DNA of 64,000 bases, from positions 1,120,001-1,184,000 of the forward strand of contig CAVPLT010000001.1 of NCBI GenBank assembly GCA_963706325.1, written 5' to 3'. The DNA is from an uncultured Nitrospiraceae bacterium. GTDB lineage: Bacteria > Nitrospirota > Nitrospiria > Nitrospirales > Nitrospiraceae. The notes under the pieces are model-generated. The model saw only the letters and a list, made by a program, of their open reading frames with translations, did not search any database and was not told the DNA's origin. Each line of letters begins with the position of its first letter. Within the stretch, counting starts at the first letter, position 1. A program made the position numbers and the translations under genes. Positions 61,459 through 64,000 of this stretch are shown here, one piece after another.

Positions 61459-62379
61459 TCAGCACCACGCGCCGAGGCGACAGGAGACGAACGGTTGGCG
61501 TAGCGACAAACCTGGTACAGCGGGTTCGCGTCGGTCGGTCGATGCCGCGATCGAAGAGCTCCCCGACGATGGGGTTTTGGCTGCAAGCAGCTGGTTGGCG
61601 GGTTGGCTGTCAGCTGTCGGTGCGTCGGTCTTGGCCACAACCGCCGGCTGGGAGGAAGCAGGTTTCTTCTCCAGTTTGGCCAACAACCGACGACCATTTC
61701 CAGAAACTTCGCTGTTGGGATATTTTTCAGCCAGGAGCTGGAGCTTCTCCATCGCCCAATCAATGGCGCCGAGTTCCTGATAGGTCATAGCCAGATAGTA
61801 CAACGCTTCCGGCGCAACCTGCTTATCCGGATAGTCCTTCATGATCTGATCAAAACGATGGGCCGCTGCAAGATAGGAAGACCTGCGGTAATAAAACTGC
61901 CCGACGAATAGATGGGTCTTGGCCAGCCAATCGTGGCAGTCTTCCAAACGCTGGAGAGCTTGTCCCTCATATTTGCTGCCTGGAAATTCTTTGCGTAACT
62001 TTTCGAAGGCGGAAATGGCTTTTTGGATGGGTTCTGGGTCGCGATCGATCGATTTGCCCATACGGAGATGGCTCTCCGCCATTCTGAATTGCGCATAGAC
62101 CGCCAGTTGATGGGCGCGATGCAGCTCAAGAAAATGCTGAAACTCGACGATGGCCTCGGCGTACTCCTCTTTGTCAAAAAAGGCCTCGCCGCGCTTCATA
62201 ATCACATTCGGGTCGTAGTTCTTTTCGATGGTGTCGCCGAGGAAGATTTGCTCGTCAGTGCCACTGACGGGTTTGCCTTCAGCGGTGGTTTTGGGTTTGC
62301 TTGAGCAGCCGTCGGAAAAACAGAGGAGGGCCACCAGTACCGGGAGGTAGGCACACAAACCCCTTGAACGCAAAGGCAT
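61459..62379 (-). CDS. bamD: Outer membrane protein assembly factor BamD (TPR lipoprotein)
   Basis: Lipobox-like DGC, TPR repeats, IDRD, FPGSKY, FY...AAAHRF...YPD. Confidence 0.85.
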   Translation of the reverse strand: MPLRSRGLCAYLPVLVALLCFSDGCSSKPKTTAEGKPVSGTDEQIFLGDTIEKNYDPNVIMKRGEAFFDKEEYAEAIVEFQHFLELHRAHQLAVYAQFRMAESHLRMGKSIDRDPEPIQKAISAFEKLRKEFPGSKYEGQALQRLEDCHDWLAKTHLFVGQFYYRRSSYLAAAHRFDQIMKDYPDKQVAPEALYYLAMTYQELGAIDWAMEKLQLLAEKYPNSEVSGNGRRLLAKLEKKPASSQPAVVAKTDAPTADSQPANQLLAAKTPSSGSSSIAASTDRREPAVPGLSLRQPFVSCRLGAWC

Positions 62380-62483
62380 CCAACAACTCCTTCTCGTAGC
62401 TGAACTAGATGGTGATCGATCGTAACTATAAATTTTTTCTAGCAGATCGACGCCTGAAAAGCAACGGATTCAGCGTCTGGTGG

Positions 62484-62512
62484 TTGACCCTCTTGGGCGT
62501 GGGTCCTATAAT
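62484..62512 (+). promoter_or_regulatory. Putative sigma70 promoter of the second fabH
   Basis: TTGACC 62484-62489, 17-bp spacer, TATAAT 62507-62512. Confidence 0.65.
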
Positions 62513-62584
62513 CTCGCCGCAGCTTGTGAGGCGCGGCCATGCCGCTCTGCAGGCGAACCTCAATGACATTTCAGTGGGGATCCT

Positions 62585-63577
62585 GTGACGCGCAGTCGTA
62601 TTGTTGGAACCGGTTCGTTCCTTCCCTTCCGGGTAGTCGACAATGAGGAGGTGGCAGCGCCTCTTGGGCTGGAGTCGAATCAGGTCGTGGCGTTGACCGG
62701 AATTCGGACGAGGCATTGGGCAGAGCCGGGACAAGCCTCATCAGATCTAGCGCTGGCGGCAGCGCAACGGGCCTGCGAGGCAGCAGGGTTGGCTCCAGAA
62801 TCGATTGAAGGGATTATCGTTTCCACGACCTCCCCAGATAGTGCCTTTCCATCCACGGCCTGTCATGTTCAACGAGCCATAGGGGCCAAATCGGTCATGG
62901 CCTTCGACTTGTCTGCCTCCTGTTCGGGGTTTCTCTATGGATTATCGATGGCCGATGTCCTGATCCGTAGCGGTCAGGTCCGAACCTGCCTGGTCATCGC
63001 ATCCGAAATCAAGTCGCGTTCCCTCAATCTCCTGGATAAAGAAACCGCCATTTTATTCGGCGACGGCGCCGGTGCAGTCGTGGTCGCTGCCGAGGACAGC
63101 ACGAGTCCGGATGCCCCCGGCATACTCGGCGTGCGTCTGTACGCGGAGGGCTCCGGCCACGACCTCATCACGATTCCAGCCGGCGGGTCACGACAGCCCA
63201 GCAGCCTCGAGGGGATGCGCGCGAAGGAGCATACACTACGGATGAGAGGCAGCGCCGTCTTTCGGTCCGCGGTGCGTCGTCTGGAGCAGGCAATGTCCAC
63301 TTTGTTGAAGGAGTTTGGCCTGACGGTTGGGGATGTCGCGCATGTGATCGCGCATCAGGCCAATGCGCGAATTCTGGAACAGCTTCGGCGTCGTCTCAGG
63401 CTCCCCCACGAGGCGCTGTACTCGGTCGTTGATCGCTACGGTAATACGTCATCGGCCTCGCTACCCATCGCATTGGATCATGCCGTGCGGGAACATCGTT
63501 TCGCAGCCGGGGATCTCCTGGTGCTGGGCGCATTCGGCGGGGGCATGACCTATGCCACAGGATTGGTACGCTGGTAA
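62585..63577 (+). CDS. fabH: Second 3-oxoacyl-ACP synthase III paralog
   Basis: Intact triad ASCSG, AHQAN, GNTSSAS; GTG start. Confidence 0.88.
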   Translation: MTRSRIVGTGSFLPFRVVDNEEVAAPLGLESNQVVALTGIRTRHWAEPGQASSDLALAAAQRACEAAGLAPESIEGIIVSTTSPDSAFPSTACHVQRAIGAKSVMAFDLSASCSGFLYGLSMADVLIRSGQVRTCLVIASEIKSRSLNLLDKETAILFGDGAGAVVVAAEDSTSPDAPGILGVRLYAEGSGHDLITIPAGGSRQPSSLEGMRAKEHTLRMRGSAVFRSAVRRLEQAMSTLLKEFGLTVGDVAHVIAHQANARILEQLRRRLRLPHEALYSVVDRYGNTSSASLPIALDHAVREHRFAAGDLLVLGAFGGGMTYATGLVRW

Positions 63578-63609
63578 TGTCGCTCGGCTAGAAAGGACGT
63601 AAAGACGTT

Positions 63610-64000
63610 ATGTTCGCTCTCATTCCTCGGGAAGAAGCCTTTTTCGACTTGTTCAAAAATGCGGCGCACAACATGATCGAAGGGAGTCGCCTCCTTAAGG
63701 ATATGATGGACGACTTCCGGAATCCGATCGAGAAGGCCCAACGCATCAAAGACGTCGAACATATCGGTGATGGGATTACCCATGAGATTGCGCGAAAACT
63801 TAACCTGACGTTTATCACACCCATCGATCGCGAAGACATCCACGACCTCGCCAGCGCGCTCGATGACATTTTGGATGTAGTCGAGGCCATCGCGGATCGC
63901 TTCGTTCTCTATAAGGTGGCGGCGCCCTCAGAGCCGGCGCTCCGACTGGCGAACGTGCTCTACCAAGCGTCGGTCGAAGTGGGCGCGACGGTGGATTTGC
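63610..64000 (+). CDS. DUF47 family (PhoU-like phosphate transport regulator), 3' end truncated by window
   Basis: My translation gives MFALIPREEAFFDLF...EHIGDGITHEI...TFITPIDREDIH; absent from the ORF track because it runs off the end. Confidence 0.85.
   Translation, partial: MFALIPREEAFFDLFKNAAHNMIEGSRLLKDMMDDFRNPIEKAQRIKDVEHIGDGITHEIARKLNLTFITPIDREDIHDLASALDDILDVVEAIADRFVLYKVAAPSEPALRLANVLYQASVEVGATVDL

Overview
Gene-dense, roughly 57-58% GC (by eye) bacterial core-chromosome segment. Gene content and order point strongly to Nitrospira (Nitrospirota); this is an inference. In order, the window holds: prs-rplY-pth; rpsF-ssb-rpsR running straight into yceD-rpmF-plsX-fabH-fabD-fabG-acpP-fabF-rnc and a secreted cyclophilin; a minus-strand signalling block (FIST/NosP-type protein, large PAS/GAF hybrid kinase with Hpt, REC-kinase, polysaccharide deacetylase); folD-metF-panB; apaH/DUF309; a MetV-like gene plus queF; and a large reductive-TCA region (five-subunit 2-oxoacid:ferredoxin oxidoreductase, ATP-citrate lyase aclBA, aconitase, monomeric IDH, soluble fumarate-reductase-like pair, sucCD). 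After that come a B12-binding radical SAM enzyme, ahcY/metK, system II cytochrome c maturation, a GGR-family reductase, bamD, a second fabH and a partial DUF47 gene. I saw no tRNA, rRNA, CRISPR array or transposase. The best candidate for something undescribed is the roughly 650-bp apaH-queF intergenic region (about 27420-27940). It has no convincing ORF but folds by eye into a densely nested, multi-domain RNA with 11-bp and 13-bp helices, and matches no riboswitch or ncRNA family I recognise. All calls come from reading the sequence and motif recall; no searches or folding programs were run.
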